Virus record (IMG/VR): IMGVR_UViG_3300018432_000001
Location: 1-64,000 of that record
Strand: one strand, 5' to 3'
Length of the DNA: 64,000 nt
DNA from: a virus
Part shown: piece after piece, positions 38,752 through 48,372 of the stretch
How the letters are laid out: every line of letters begins with the position of its first letter
Position numbering within the stretch: position 1 is the stretch's first letter
Program-made: the position numbers and the translations under genes
Notes under the pieces: model-generated
The model's input: the letters and a program-made list of their open reading frames with translations, nothing else
Told to the model about the DNA's origin: nothing
Database searches by the model: none

Positions 38752-38756
38752 TCGTC

Positions 38757-38972
38757 CTACCTTTCGGGGGTCTGGGTGGTCGAGTACTTGCGCCAAGCGG
38801 CGTCGAAGCACTCCGGGTTGACGAACACCTCGCGGCTGTTGCACACATGCGCCTGCATGTATCCGGTCTCGGACTGCTTCTGGTACTTGGGTTTCAGCGA
38901 GCCGACAGTGATCATCGCGCCGCCGACGGCGGCAAGATCCTTGCCGCAGCCAGCGCACTCGGGATACGCCAT
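38757..38972 (-). CDS. small Zn-finger protein
   Basis: CAGC...HVC...C. Confidence 0.55.
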   Translation of the reverse strand: MAYPECAGCGKDLAAVGGAMITVGSLKPKYQKQSETGYMQAHVCNSREVFVNPECFDAAWRKYSTTQTPER

Positions 38973-39089
38973 GATAATGATTCGCCTTTCTGTCGAAACG
39001 ATATCGGACAGGGCCGACATGGATGCCAGGCCAATGGCACGCGTGCCCCGGCCAGCGGCCGGGGCACGATGCGAGAGGACCGGCGAGTG

Positions 39090-39713
39090 CTACTGGCCCG
39101 GGTCGGCGACGGCGACCCACGACAGCTCGCTCATGTACGAGTCGGGCCAGCGCCTCAACCCTTCTTCCCAGGCGATGCAGGTCCGGGGCCCCCAGTGCCG
39201 GTCGCTGTAGTCACGCTGGGTGGACTTGACCGTGCGCGGGGCGTCGACGAAGCTGCGCCTCTCGAACGCCACGACGACGTCCCCCTCGCAGACGTCATCG
39301 GCCCGCTTCCACCGGCCGATGTCGCCCAGGCGCGGCACCGCGTGCCTCCCGAACAGCACTCTCGCCAGCATCTTCTCGTGCCGGGGTGCGTAGTTGTACT
39401 CCTCGGGCCGGAACGTCATGGCCTCCAGGTCTTCGATGACCAGACGCTCGATCGTGCTTGTCGTCCCGGTCTGGGGCCACTGGGCGGTGCCGGTCTCCAC
39501 CCACAGGCGCGAGAAGACGACCGTCTCGACGCCGTCGTGGTCCTCGGGCTTGTCGTGCGTGAACACGAACGCCTCATCGGGGTGCGCCTCCCAGGTGTAC
39601 TCCTCGGAGATCCATCGCTCCTCGATCGGGACGGCGAGCGCGGGCTCCAGCTGGTGCTGCTGCTCCCAGTACATCAGCGACAGCTCTTTCCGCTTGCCCT
39701 GTTCCTTCGTCAT
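39090..39713 (-). CDS. hypothetical protein
   Basis: AAAGGAG RBS. Confidence 0.65.
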   Translation of the reverse strand: MTKEQGKRKELSLMYWEQQHQLEPALAVPIEERWISEEYTWEAHPDEAFVFTHDKPEDHDGVETVVFSRLWVETGTAQWPQTGTTSTIERLVIEDLEAMTFRPEEYNYAPRHEKMLARVLFGRHAVPRLGDIGRWKRADDVCEGDVVVAFERRSFVDAPRTVKSTQRDYSDRHWGPRTCIAWEEGLRRWPDSYMSELSWVAVADPGQ

Positions 39714-39943
39714 GCCGCTCCTTTCAGGGGCGTGTCCTTGTAGGCGACGATGCCGACGATCGGCTCGATGCCGGTCATGCGTCCTTTGTGGGTTGCGATG
39801 CCGGTGTGCCCCCCGCACACGGGCACGGAGACGGCGCCCGCGCGCTCACCGGGCGAGGGATTGTTGATCTCGTAGTGCTCGATCTGCACGGGCACGCGCC
39901 CGCACGAGGCCACGACACAGCGCTGTGGCTTGGGCTTCGTCAT
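39710..39943 (-). CDS. small hypothetical protein
   Basis: CVVASC...CGGH. Confidence 0.5.
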   Translation of the reverse strand: MTKPKPQRCVVASCGRVPVQIEHYEINNPSPGERAGAVSVPVCGGHTGIATHKGRMTGIEPIVGIVAYKDTPLKGAA

Positions 39944-39962
39944 CTGGTTCTCGTTCCTTGGG

Positions 39963-40214
39963 TTAGACACCCACGACCAGAGCGGTCGGGGTGGTCTTGC
40001 TCGCGCGGGCGGCGAAGCTCGACGCCTTGGCGACGATGAGGCTGCCCTTCTTGGTGCCTCCGGTGATGAGGGCGACGATCAGCAGACCGTTGCGGCTGCG
40101 CCGCGCGCCCATCACTTTCACCTTGGTGCCGCTGCTCTTGTGCAGGGCCAGCTGGCCCGTGCCGAACGCGAACACCTTGCTCCGCTTGCGGTTGAGGTTG
40201 GGGTTGTGGTTCAT
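39963..40214 (-). CDS. small basic protein
   Basis: GGAGG RBS. Confidence 0.55.
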   Translation of the reverse strand: MNHNPNLNRKRSKVFAFGTGQLALHKSSGTKVKVMGARRSRNGLLIVALITGGTKKGSLIVAKASSFAARASKTTPTALVVGV

Positions 40215-40370
40215 GAGTATCCTCCATCTTGCTGACGTCGGTGATGCCCGCAGGGTGCGGACGTGAGAGCGGCCCCGTTTCAGGCGCACGAAGAAGCCCA
40301 CCCGGCATGTCCCGGATGGGCTTGTTCCTGCGCCCGGCGCTTACGCGCCGGGCTCGGATCGTCTAGTGGT

Positions 40371-41072
40371 TCAGCCTTGGAAGTACTCCACGTCGCCGCC
40401 GATCGACACGCGCGTCGGGATCGTCCCCGCCTCCGTCTGCACTTCGGGGTACGCCGTGTCGTAGTGGGTGCTGATGCGCAGCTCGCCGTCGGCGAAGTAC
40501 ACGTAGACCTGGACGCCGCCGATCTCCACGCATGGCAGCGTGTCATCCCATCCGCCCGGACTGAACCAGGCCGAGCAGTTCAGGTCGGTCGCATCCTTGT
40601 CGCTGAGTTTGCCCTTGACCAGCGGCACCAGGTCGGCCTGCCCGCGCCCGTAGTTGTCGGTCAGGGTCAGCGTGCGCCGCTCTTCGCGACCGTCGGGGTA
40701 CACCAGGACAAGCACGTCACCGGTGTCCAGGAGTGGGTGGTCTTTCGCGTACACCTGGCCGGACGCGGCTGTGCCGGTCGAGTTGCCGTGCGCGCTGATC
40801 ACCGTGGCCTCGGGCGAGAGCAGGACCGAGAACTCCTCGTCGGTGCCCTTGTTCTGCGGGTCGAGGTACTTGCCGTCGCCGCCGATCGGCCCCATCGCGC
40901 CCCGCCTGGTCTCGCCGGGGTGCGGGTTCGGGCGGTTCCGGTTGCTCCACACCTGGATACGGGTCGGTCCCCCGTCGCCCTTGGTGCGGTAGACGTACGC
41001 CGAGGTGTACTCGATGCCGTAATGCTTGCGCCGGTACTCGTCACCCTCGGCCAACTCGATACGATGTTCCAT
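40371..41072 (-). CDS. hypothetical protein
   Basis: GGAG RBS. Confidence 0.65.
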   Translation of the reverse strand: MEHRIELAEGDEYRRKHYGIEYTSAYVYRTKGDGGPTRIQVWSNRNRPNPHPGETRRGAMGPIGGDGKYLDPQNKGTDEEFSVLLSPEATVISAHGNSTGTAASGQVYAKDHPLLDTGDVLVLVYPDGREERRTLTLTDNYGRGQADLVPLVKGKLSDKDATDLNCSAWFSPGGWDDTLPCVEIGGVQVYVYFADGELRISTHYDTAYPEVQTEAGTIPTRVSIGGDVEYFQG

Positions 41073-41091
41073 AGGTTGCTCCGTCTCGTTG

Positions 41092-41967
41092 CTAATCGCT
41101 GTATTCGGGGTCCAGCTCAGCCGCTGGGGTGAGGTCGCCCGTCCTCATCTGGTCGGCCGCTTCGATCAACCGCGCTGCCGACACATGCCGTTCGTCGAAC
41201 GTGGACATGCCGTACTGGAACGTCCGGGGAAAGAACACCGAGTTCCATCCGTGCCGCACGCATGCGCGGGCCCGTCGGCAGGCGTAGTACACCTGCTGTA
41301 CGGGATGGAACGCCTTCGACCACCACAGCCAGTGCCGCAGCCGGGGAATCCACCGGTCCTCTTTCCGCTTGGGGAACATCGGCTTGGGGGGGAACCCCAG
41401 GTGGATGTACATGCGGGTCACGGTGCCGTGGGTGATGATCCACTCGGCGATGACTGTGTTCTCAGGTGCGGCGCCGGTGCAGCCGAAGCCGCCCGAGAGT
41501 GCCTGCACCTGCATCTCCAGGAAGGGAAACGCCGCAGCGATCTGCTTCCATTCGGCTTCGATCTCATCGACCTCGGGGTACTTGACCCCCACGTACCAGT
41601 CGGGTCGGATCGTGCCGTCCCAGCGCAGCCAGCCGCCGGGCTCATCCGAGTGGGACATGATCGCGTCGTTGTCGAGGTGCCCCAGATCCAGCGCGCCGAT
41701 CGTGCTGCCGTACTCCTCGCTGATCTGTGAGGACCGCTGGCACCATCCGTGCCAGTCGTCTTCGCACTCACCGGCTTCCACCAGTTCATCGAACCGGTCG
41801 TACCACCCGAGGATGGAAGCGGCCATGCCCTCCCATTCCTCGTCGTTGCAGCTCACATGGAACCATCGGTTCGTGCGCATCATGATCTCGTTGGTCTGCT
41901 CCCGCGTCAGCGGATCGCCGACCGCGAGCATGCGCGCCCGTCTGCCGAGGCCGTCCTCATAACCCAT
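41092..41967 (-). CDS. hypothetical protein, paralog of 24638-25330
   Basis: shared motifs. Confidence 0.75.
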   Translation of the reverse strand: MGYEDGLGRRARMLAVGDPLTREQTNEIMMRTNRWFHVSCNDEEWEGMAASILGWYDRFDELVEAGECEDDWHGWCQRSSQISEEYGSTIGALDLGHLDNDAIMSHSDEPGGWLRWDGTIRPDWYVGVKYPEVDEIEAEWKQIAAAFPFLEMQVQALSGGFGCTGAAPENTVIAEWIITHGTVTRMYIHLGFPPKPMFPKRKEDRWIPRLRHWLWWSKAFHPVQQVYYACRRARACVRHGWNSVFFPRTFQYGMSTFDERHVSAARLIEAADQMRTGDLTPAAELDPEYSD

Positions 41968-41982
41968 CCTTCCCCTCCTTCC

Positions 41983-42213
41983 TCATCTGAACCCTTCGAT
42001 GAAGGCGCGCATCAGCTGCGCACTTTCGGTTTGCAGGACACGCTCGCCTTCCTCCCGGGCGAACTGGAGCCGGAAGGGGTTGTCGGTCTCGGGGTGTTTG
42101 CTCATGTCCGAGATGAGACTGTCGAGACCCGCTTCGGGAGTGCCGTTCTCCATCGCTTCCAGGGCACGCTGCTTGGCCCACGCCATGTGCTGAGCTCGGT
42201 TCATGTCGGGCAT
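41983..42213 (-). CDS. conserved small hypothetical protein
   Basis: R..H..WAKQRALE...S..SDMSKHPET...FIEGF. Confidence 0.65.
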   Translation of the reverse strand: MPDMNRAQHMAWAKQRALEAMENGTPEAGLDSLISDMSKHPETDNPFRLQFAREEGERVLQTESAQLMRAFIEGFR

Positions 42214-42228
42214 CGTTACTCCTTCGGT

Positions 42229-43200
42229 TTAGGTGGGGTTGGGGACCAGTCCGTCGCCGCACACCGCGAGGTGGAAGACCGCGTCAGCGGCCTGCGGCGA
42301 GAGCGGCGCACGGTAGCGAGACCAGTCGCAGGTGACCAGGTTGCGGCACTCCAGCGCCACCGCCGGGTCGATCTGCATCGACCCGGTTGCGCACGCCACC
42401 AGCGCCATCCAGATCCGGGCCGCATCGACCTGGACCGCGTCGTTCGTGCCGCACTCCAGCCAGTACGACCACGCCACCTCGCGCTCGCTCTCATGGCCGA
42501 CGACCGTGAACGCTTCCAGCGTCGCCGGTTCGGCCACCGCTTTCCACAGGTCCAGCTGCCGCAGCCGGAAGCTCCAGGGCCGCTGCTGCGGGAACGTGAC
42601 CGGCTGCTCCAGCTCGGTCTCGGCCAGCGCCCGCTCGGCCTCCTCGACCGCGTACTCGTAGCCGACCATGCGCGACGACGTGTAGTCGCCGTTCTCCAGC
42701 GGCTGCCACTCGGTGCGCCTGAGGCCCGTCGCCCTGTGCGACCACTCGGCCTCGTACTCGACTGCGTAGCCGTACACCTCGCCGTCGTTGAAATCCTTGA
42801 CGAACGTCACGGCATGCTCCAGCGCGGTCTCGACGCCCTCCTCGGAGCCGAGTGCCGAAGCGATCCACTGCGGCGTGGACACCGCCCACCACGTGTCCCC
42901 GTTCGGGTCGGTCTGGATGAGCTTGACGCGCACCCCGTAGGCCAGCCACAGGTAGCGCGCGGTCAGCTCTTCCCGGACGTTCCCGATCGCGTAGTGTGAG
43001 GCGGCCCACGCCAGACGCGTGGTGTCGAAACCGTCCTCCCACTGGGCGCCTGCCTGGATGACAGGCGAGCCGTCACGGTTCGGCTTCGGGACCGACACGA
43101 CCAATGGCAGGAAATCGCCCTGGTCGTCCAGCTCCCCGGGGTCCTCGTCGCGGAACACGCGGACCCTCAGGCCCTCGACCCGGCTCGACTCGATATCCAT
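42229..43200 (-). CDS. two-domain hypothetical protein
   Basis: GEVYGY domain plus DAARIWMAL...ADAVFH family domain. Confidence 0.7.
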   Translation of the reverse strand: MDIESSRVEGLRVRVFRDEDPGELDDQGDFLPLVVSVPKPNRDGSPVIQAGAQWEDGFDTTRLAWAASHYAIGNVREELTARYLWLAYGVRVKLIQTDPNGDTWWAVSTPQWIASALGSEEGVETALEHAVTFVKDFNDGEVYGYAVEYEAEWSHRATGLRRTEWQPLENGDYTSSRMVGYEYAVEEAERALAETELEQPVTFPQQRPWSFRLRQLDLWKAVAEPATLEAFTVVGHESEREVAWSYWLECGTNDAVQVDAARIWMALVACATGSMQIDPAVALECRNLVTCDWSRYRAPLSPQAADAVFHLAVCGDGLVPNPT

Positions 43201-43220
43201 CTGCGGTTCTTCCCTTCGCT

Positions 43221-43274
43221 TAGTTCCACAGCGTGGGACCAGCACCCCCGTGCCTGGTCACCGCTGAAGGACTA
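43221..43274 (-). repeat. intergenic hairpin element (GCAC-GGGG-GUGC apex)
   Basis: TAG...CAGCG-GTGACCAGGCACGGGGGTGCTGGTC...CGCTG...CTA on minus strand. Confidence 0.85.
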
Positions 43275-43883
43275 CGCCTTGGGGTGGTGCGACTCCCCGT
43301 CCTGGCGGATCGGTTCGTGCGGTTCATCCCGAATGCACGCGGCCGACCGCTCGTCGTACACGCTGAATCCGTCGATGCGGGGCTCGTACTGGACGCGGCG
43401 TCCGCAGTGGCGGCACTCCCACGTAGCCGGGTGGCCGCCGGACGCGATCAAGTCGAGCCTGGGTTCGTGGTCCGGGAAGTACTGCTTCACGGTGAGGTAC
43501 CCGCCGTGGTGCTCGGGCTCGCCGGTGTTCGCCGACCGCTCCCGGTTGATGACTCCCGCCGGGTAGTAGCACCGCTGATAGTGGTGGTAGACGTGTCCCA
43601 TCCACGCCTCGGAGCACACCAGTTTCTGCGCCGCGATCAGCTCGGCCGCCTTGGCGCGCACCTCCTCGGGCACGTTCTCGCCCTCGGCCGCGTACTTGAT
43701 CTGCATGTACGCGTCCTCGTCCCAGCGGTTACGCCGCTTGACGTCGACCTCGTACGAGTACCGCAGGTTCACGTGCCCCGGCGGACTCGCGTAGCCGCCC
43801 ATGCCCTGCCCGTCATCGATGATCCGGTGACGCTCTCGCCGGTCGCTCGTGACCGCCTCGATCACAACCGTTCTCTTACCCAT
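43272..43883 (-). CDS. hypothetical protein
   Basis: GAGGAG RBS; CRHC. Confidence 0.65.
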   Translation of the reverse strand: MGKRTVVIEAVTSDRRERHRIIDDGQGMGGYASPPGHVNLRYSYEVDVKRRNRWDEDAYMQIKYAAEGENVPEEVRAKAAELIAAQKLVCSEAWMGHVYHHYQRCYYPAGVINRERSANTGEPEHHGGYLTVKQYFPDHEPRLDLIASGGHPATWECRHCGRRVQYEPRIDGFSVYDERSAACIRDEPHEPIRQDGESHHPKA

Positions 43884-43902
43884 ACACCCGTCACTCCTCT
43901 TG

Positions 43903-43960
43903 CGAATAGGTCTACAGCGGACGGCCGGGCGATGCCCGGCCCCCACTGAGGGCCTACTCG
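43903..43960 (-). repeat. intergenic hairpin element (variant apex)
   Basis: TAGG..CAGTGG...CCGCTG..CCTATTCG. Confidence 0.8.
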
Positions 43961-44520
43961 ACGTAGTCACCTGCGCCGCCCTTGGTGACGTCGAAGACGT
44001 ACACCCACTGCGGATAGCCGGTCGCGCGCCCGGCCACCGACCGAAACGCCGCGCCCTTGCGGTTCATGGACCGCTCGGCCCACTCGGTCCAGTCGAACAG
44101 GTCCCCGATCGCGTTGTTGGAGAGGTTGCCCCAACTGGTGAACCCGCGACGCGTCCCGTCCCAGGTGGCGAGGTGGTCCAGCAAGGAACCCTTCCCCAGA
44201 TCCTCGGGACTGGCGAACTGGTCGCGGCAGAACGTCTCGTTCGATTCCCACCGGCCTTTGAAGCCGCCCGCGTTCATCCATCGGATGACCGCCGAGAACG
44301 GATGCGTGTCATCCGCGCGGCGCCACGCGTGCGCGGCGTCGATGCCGTCCCTGCCGTGGGTCTCCTCCAGCTTGACCGCGAGCGGATGCGGGACGTTGTC
44401 CCACATGCTCGACGTCAGCGTCGGGTTCTCCTCCTGCGCCAGGGCGAACGACAGCTGCCGACCCGACAGCTCGGTCACGTACTGCCGCTTCCACAGCTCG
44501 GTCCTGTATGGATCTTCCAT
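43954..44520 (-). CDS. hypothetical protein
   Basis: GAAGGAG RBS. Confidence 0.65.
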   Translation of the reverse strand: MEDPYRTELWKRQYVTELSGRQLSFALAQEENPTLTSSMWDNVPHPLAVKLEETHGRDGIDAAHAWRRADDTHPFSAVIRWMNAGGFKGRWESNETFCRDQFASPEDLGKGSLLDHLATWDGTRRGFTSWGNLSNNAIGDLFDWTEWAERSMNRKGAAFRSVAGRATGYPQWVYVFDVTKGGAGDYVE

Positions 44521-44522
44521 GC

Positions 44523-44909
44523 CTACGCTCCTTCCTCGGTGATCTCGTCGCACTCCGGCTCGAAGCACGGCACCGCCCACACCTCGACGCCGCGCGTCAC
44601 GTGCGAGAGCTTGCCGCCCCCCATCGGGGAACCTTTCGGGCCGTACTTGCTGGCCCCGCTCTCCATGGCGTCGACGATCTTCTCGATCCCGGGCGTGGAG
44701 ATGCGCGAGTCGTAGAGCTGGCCCGCGTTGCGGAACGCGCGCTCTTCCTCGCCGGTCTGGGCGATCCACGCGAAGTGGTAGAAGTGCCCGGCCACGATGT
44801 TCACCGCGTCGTACACGGTCACGCCGTGGGCGACGTTGTCGGGGTTGGGCATCTCGCCCACCTCGCTGTACCCGACGACCCAGTGATAGGCGGTATAGAT
44901 ACGGGTCAT
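44523..44909 (-). CDS. hypothetical protein
   Basis: GAGGA RBS. Confidence 0.6.
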   Translation of the reverse strand: MTRIYTAYHWVVGYSEVGEMPNPDNVAHGVTVYDAVNIVAGHFYHFAWIAQTGEEERAFRNAGQLYDSRISTPGIEKIVDAMESGASKYGPKGSPMGGGKLSHVTRGVEVWAVPCFEPECDEITEEGA

Positions 44910-44916
44910 CCGGTCC

Positions 44917-45219
44917 TCAGCCTCCGTACCCGGGCATGTCGAGCCCGTCCGTCATCTCCCACGGCTCGGGCGCGAAGGACCCGGCTTCGACGTCCTCGTC
45001 CGCCTCGCCGCGTGCCTCGGCCAGCTCGTGCCGCAGGGTCGCGACCTCGCGCTCCAGCTCCCGGATGCGGTCGGCCTCGTGTGTCTGGCTCGCCAGCCGC
45101 ACCACTGCCACCTCGTCCTCGTTATACGGGTCGAAGTCCTCGCCGGGGATGAACACCGGCGACCCGATCGGGTCCTCGCCGACCGCCTGCCGATACGTCA
45201 GTCGATCCACTGTGCACAC
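44917..45219 (-). CDS. acidic coiled-coil protein
   Basis: AAAGG RBS. Confidence 0.55.
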   Translation of the reverse strand: MCTVDRLTYRQAVGEDPIGSPVFIPGEDFDPYNEDEVAVVRLASQTHEADRIRELEREVATLRHELAEARGEADEDVEAGSFAPEPWEMTDGLDMPGYGG

Positions 45220-45250
45220 CTTTCATCGATCAACTTGAATGCGAAGTATC

Positions 45251-45269
45251 GTTGCTGTTCAACAGCAAC
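45251..45269. promoter_or_regulatory. palindromic operator-like site in AT-rich promoter region
   Basis: GTTGCTGTT-C-AACAGCAAC perfect inverted repeat. Confidence 0.55.
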
Positions 45270-45333
45270 AATCAATCGAACGATTTCTATATCACTGGGG
45301 GTCGGAACACCACCGTGCCCGACCCCCATCTCC

Positions 45334-45837
45334 TTACAATCCGGTGAGCCTCGCGAAGTTGTCGAAGGCGTACACCACCGGCGACCCCGAGGGATTGACG
45401 CTCGCGAGGAACGCGAAGTGCGCCGGGAATCGGTCCTCGTGTTCGACCGCGTACCCCACCGACTCCCAGATCGGGCTCACGTCGCTGATTTCCATGTTCG
45501 GGAACCCGAGCTGTTCGCGCTGGCCCCACTTGTCGAACCAGCGCTGAAACTCCCCGGCGAACTGGCGCTCGGCGAACTCGGCCATGTCGGTGAAATCCCC
45601 GAGATAACCGCCCGCCAGCATCCACCGCACGGTGTGCACCGCAGTCGCACCCGAACCCCTGTTGCCGCGCTCGATGTACACCAGCGCAGCGCTGGCCGCG
45701 AGCGGCCCGTGCTGTTCGAGCAGTTCCATCACCGCCGGATGCGCGCCCTCCCACTGAGGGCCCGCTTCCCAGTGCTCGCCGAGCACTTCCTGGAACATCT
45801 TCTTGGACAGTGTGATCACGTCTTTGGCTACTTCCAT
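45334..45837 (-). CDS. ArdA-like antirestriction protein (tentative)
   Basis: YLGDFTDMAEFAE...IWESVG...VYAF resembles ArdA C-terminal domains. Confidence 0.4.
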   Translation of the reverse strand: MEVAKDVITLSKKMFQEVLGEHWEAGPQWEGAHPAVMELLEQHGPLAASAALVYIERGNRGSGATAVHTVRWMLAGGYLGDFTDMAEFAERQFAGEFQRWFDKWGQREQLGFPNMEISDVSPIWESVGYAVEHEDRFPAHFAFLASVNPSGSPVVYAFDNFARLTGL

Positions 45838-45850
45838 GACATCCCTTCCT

Positions 45851-46162
45851 CTACCCTTCGGTGAGTTCCTGCAAGACCAGCGCGGACACCGCCAGCGCGG
45901 CCCGCGTCATCGCCTCGGACATGTCGCGGATGCCGACGCCGTACGTCGGAGCCGTCGTCGGCAGGCTCACGACCTTCCACGCGTCGTGGTAGCGCATGCC
46001 CGCCGTGGGCCCGGTCTCGCGCTTCTGGAGCTCGAACGACCAGAGGTCACCCTTCTCGTCCGTGTCCAGGAAGATGCACGCCCGCACCTCCGCGAACGAC
46101 GCATCGATGATCTCGACCGGGTCGTTCATGGTGTCGTCGTCCACTCGGTACAGCTGTGCCAT
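45851..46162 (-). CDS. hypothetical protein
   Basis: GAAGGAG RBS after hairpin. Confidence 0.6.
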   Translation of the reverse strand: MAQLYRVDDDTMNDPVEIIDASFAEVRACIFLDTDEKGDLWSFELQKRETGPTAGMRYHDAWKVVSLPTTAPTYGVGIRDMSEAMTRAALAVSALVLQELTEG

Positions 46163-46180
46163 TCGTGCTCCTTCGCTCAT

Positions 46181-46241
46181 CGGCTAACACCACGGCCGAG
46201 ACCAGCACCCCCGTGCCTGGTCACGACCGAACTCCTAGCCG
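46181..46241 (-). repeat. intergenic hairpin element
   Basis: 25 nt identical to the 43237-43261 core. Confidence 0.85.
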
Positions 46242-46648
46242 TCGGCCTTGATCGCCTTCCCGTCCGCGACCCCGTCGCGATACGCGCTTGCCACATGGGA
46301 GGCGACCTGCTCGGCCGCCTTCCACTCGTGCTGGTACATCGGCGCACTGGGGTTGACGCCCGCGTTCCTCACCTGCTCCCGCATCGGCCCCGGAATGAGG
46401 TCACCCGTGAGGCCTGCGCCCTCGACCACACCGCACAGGAACGCCACCACGCACAGCGCCCCGGTGGTCCGATCGTCGTAGGTCAGGGCCCGCTGATCGG
46501 AGATGTACCGGACCCCGTGACCGAGGTTCGTGCCGATCGAGAACCACGGTGTGCCCGTGACCTTCTCGACTGCGCGGATCACCGCCTCCACCTCATCGCG
46601 GTGCCACTCGAAGCGCTCCCTATCCGGGTCCTTCTTGACGCCGCTCAC
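46235..46648 (-). CDS. hypothetical protein
   Basis: GTGA-coupled. Confidence 0.6.
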   Translation of the reverse strand: MSGVKKDPDRERFEWHRDEVEAVIRAVEKVTGTPWFSIGTNLGHGVRYISDQRALTYDDRTTGALCVVAFLCGVVEGAGLTGDLIPGPMREQVRNAGVNPSAPMYQHEWKAAEQVASHVASAYRDGVADGKAIKADG

Positions 46649-46926
46649 GCGCTCCCCTTCCCCTGCTGCTGTTCGATGACGCGTTCGGCCGCCTTCTCGC
46701 ACCGCTTGCACAGCCGCTGGTCGAACAGCAGGGCCTTGTACCGGACCTGCTTCAGGGCTTCCTCGACCGTGGCGAAGACCTCGGCGCCATAGCCCAGGTT
46801 CGTACCCCCGGGCCGGTAGGAGAGGGCCGCGCACTTCATGACCGGCTCGGTCTCGCGGTCTTCGGGTACCTCCTGAATGTGGGTCACTCGCGGGCTGTGC
46901 CTGAGCCGGTAGCTTCTCTTGCCCAT
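46645..46926 (-). CDS. hypothetical protein
   Basis: GAAGGAG RBS; CKRC. Confidence 0.6.
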   Translation of the reverse strand: MGKRSYRLRHSPRVTHIQEVPEDRETEPVMKCAALSYRPGGTNLGYGAEVFATVEEALKQVRYKALLFDQRLCKRCEKAAERVIEQQQGKGSA

Positions 46927-46942
46927 GCCTTACTCCTTCCGA

Positions 46943-47000
46943 ATAGACACTCAGCGCGGGACCAGGCACCCCCGTGCCCTGGTCACCACTGATCGCCTAC
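46943..47000 (-). repeat. intergenic hairpin element
   Basis: TAGGC..TCAGTGGTGACCAGGGCACGGGGGTGCCTGGTC..CGCTGA.TGTCTA. Confidence 0.85.
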
Positions 47001-47407
47001 TGTCCGGGCCTGCTCAGCGCGGCGAGCCTGCGCATCTCCGCGATGCCCGCGTCACGTCCGGCTTTCAACCCGGGCATGTAGTCGGAGATGTTGGCTACGT
47101 CGTGCCACTCCTCGAACCGCTCCCGGTACCGGCCAAGCGTCGGGTTGTCGTACGTCTTGGTGATCGTGCCGCCTTCCAGCCGCTGCACCGAGTACGCGAA
47201 GGACGCCGGACCCGACAGGTAGGCGTCCTCGTTCTCGTCCTCGGTGTCCTCCGGCCCGACGTAGACCATCTCGGTGAAGTCGTACACCTCAACCCGCCAC
47301 TGGCAGGTTTCGACGCCGGTCCCGTTGCCGTCGGCCGCAAGCCACGCCTGCGTCCCGTCGACAACCTCGCCGTCCGGGTTGAGGTACCAGGTTTCCGTTG
47401 CACTCAT
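46997..47407 (-). CDS. acidic hypothetical protein
   Basis: ORF from MSATET. Confidence 0.6.
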   Translation of the reverse strand: MSATETWYLNPDGEVVDGTQAWLAADGNGTGVETCQWRVEVYDFTEMVYVGPEDTEDENEDAYLSGPASFAYSVQRLEGGTITKTYDNPTLGRYRERFEEWHDVANISDYMPGLKAGRDAGIAEMRRLAALSRPGQ

Positions 47408-47450
47408 GGGATTCTCTTGCACTCCTATCGATTCGCTAGGAATTTGGGGG

Positions 47451-47822
47451 TTAGAGGCACGCCTCCACCCGTTCGAGCGCGACACCCATCGCCGCCTCGG
47501 CCGCGCCGCTGGTGTAGTGCTTGCTGCGGTACGCCGCCATCTCCTCGGCCGGAATGACACCACCCGCGAGGTTGTGCACGGGCTTCCCCCGCCCGTAGTA
47601 GCGGCTCGCTTCGAAGGTGAACGTCGGCCACACCGACTCGTCGCCCGCCTCGTGCGCCGCGATCGTCTCCTCGCTCGCCCACCCAGTGATCTGGATGTGC
47701 ACGAGGTCGCCGTCGACCTTGTAGATCCGGTTCTCACGCCCGACCTTCCAGCCCGGGAACTCCCGCAGCTCGTCCGAGGAACGCTCGGCAGTCTCCATCG
47801 TCAGCTTGAGCGTGCTACCCAC
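47451..47822 (-). CDS. hypothetical protein
   Basis: coupled ORF. Confidence 0.6.
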   Translation of the reverse strand: MGSTLKLTMETAERSSDELREFPGWKVGRENRIYKVDGDLVHIQITGWASEETIAAHEAGDESVWPTFTFEASRYYGRGKPVHNLAGGVIPAEEMAAYRSKHYTSGAAEAAMGVALERVEACL

Positions 47823-48258
47823 GCGGCGCCCCCTTCAGGTTCGCGTACTCGACCCAGGTGTAACCCGACTCGACCCGGTAGGGCCGAATCAGGTTCAGCA
47901 CCTGCTGGAACTTCTTGATCGGCATGTCCCCGTAGTCCACGAGGATGCGCATTTGGGCGTACCCGCCGGAGTCGACGAACCCAGCCTCGACCCCGTCCTC
48001 GGTGAACCGCTGCAACGCCTCGACCAGGGCGATCTCGCGGCGACCGGCCGCACCCTCCCACCCGTTGAACGTGACGTCGTAGAACGGCCAGGTCGCCGTC
48101 CACTCCAGCGTCAGGCACCCGCGCCGCTCCGGAATCGACAGCGTCCGCTGCGGGAACGCCTTGATCAGCGCCGCGAACGACGCCAGCTCGTTCTCGTCCG
48201 TGGACGGGAGCGAATCGAGCAGTTCGTTGAACGCTTCCCGCGTGTCCTTCTTACCCAA
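47815..48258 (-). CDS. hypothetical protein
   Basis: AGGAGG RBS, TTG start. Confidence 0.6.
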   Translation of the reverse strand: MGKKDTREAFNELLDSLPSTDENELASFAALIKAFPQRTLSIPERRGCLTLEWTATWPFYDVTFNGWEGAAGRREIALVEALQRFTEDGVEAGFVDSGGYAQMRILVDYGDMPIKKFQQVLNLIRPYRVESGYTWVEYANLKGAPRG

Positions 48259-48294
48259 ACCGAGCCTCCTAATGTGAGGAATCTACAGCCTGTG

Positions 48295-48372
48295 TGGTTC
48301 GACAGACCCCACGAACCGGCCCGCACCCCCGTGCGCGGACCGACCATGGGCAACCAGCGAACAACCCGGTTA
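48295..48372 (-). repeat. intergenic hairpin element
   Basis: GCACCCCCGTGC core at 48323-48334. Confidence 0.75.
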
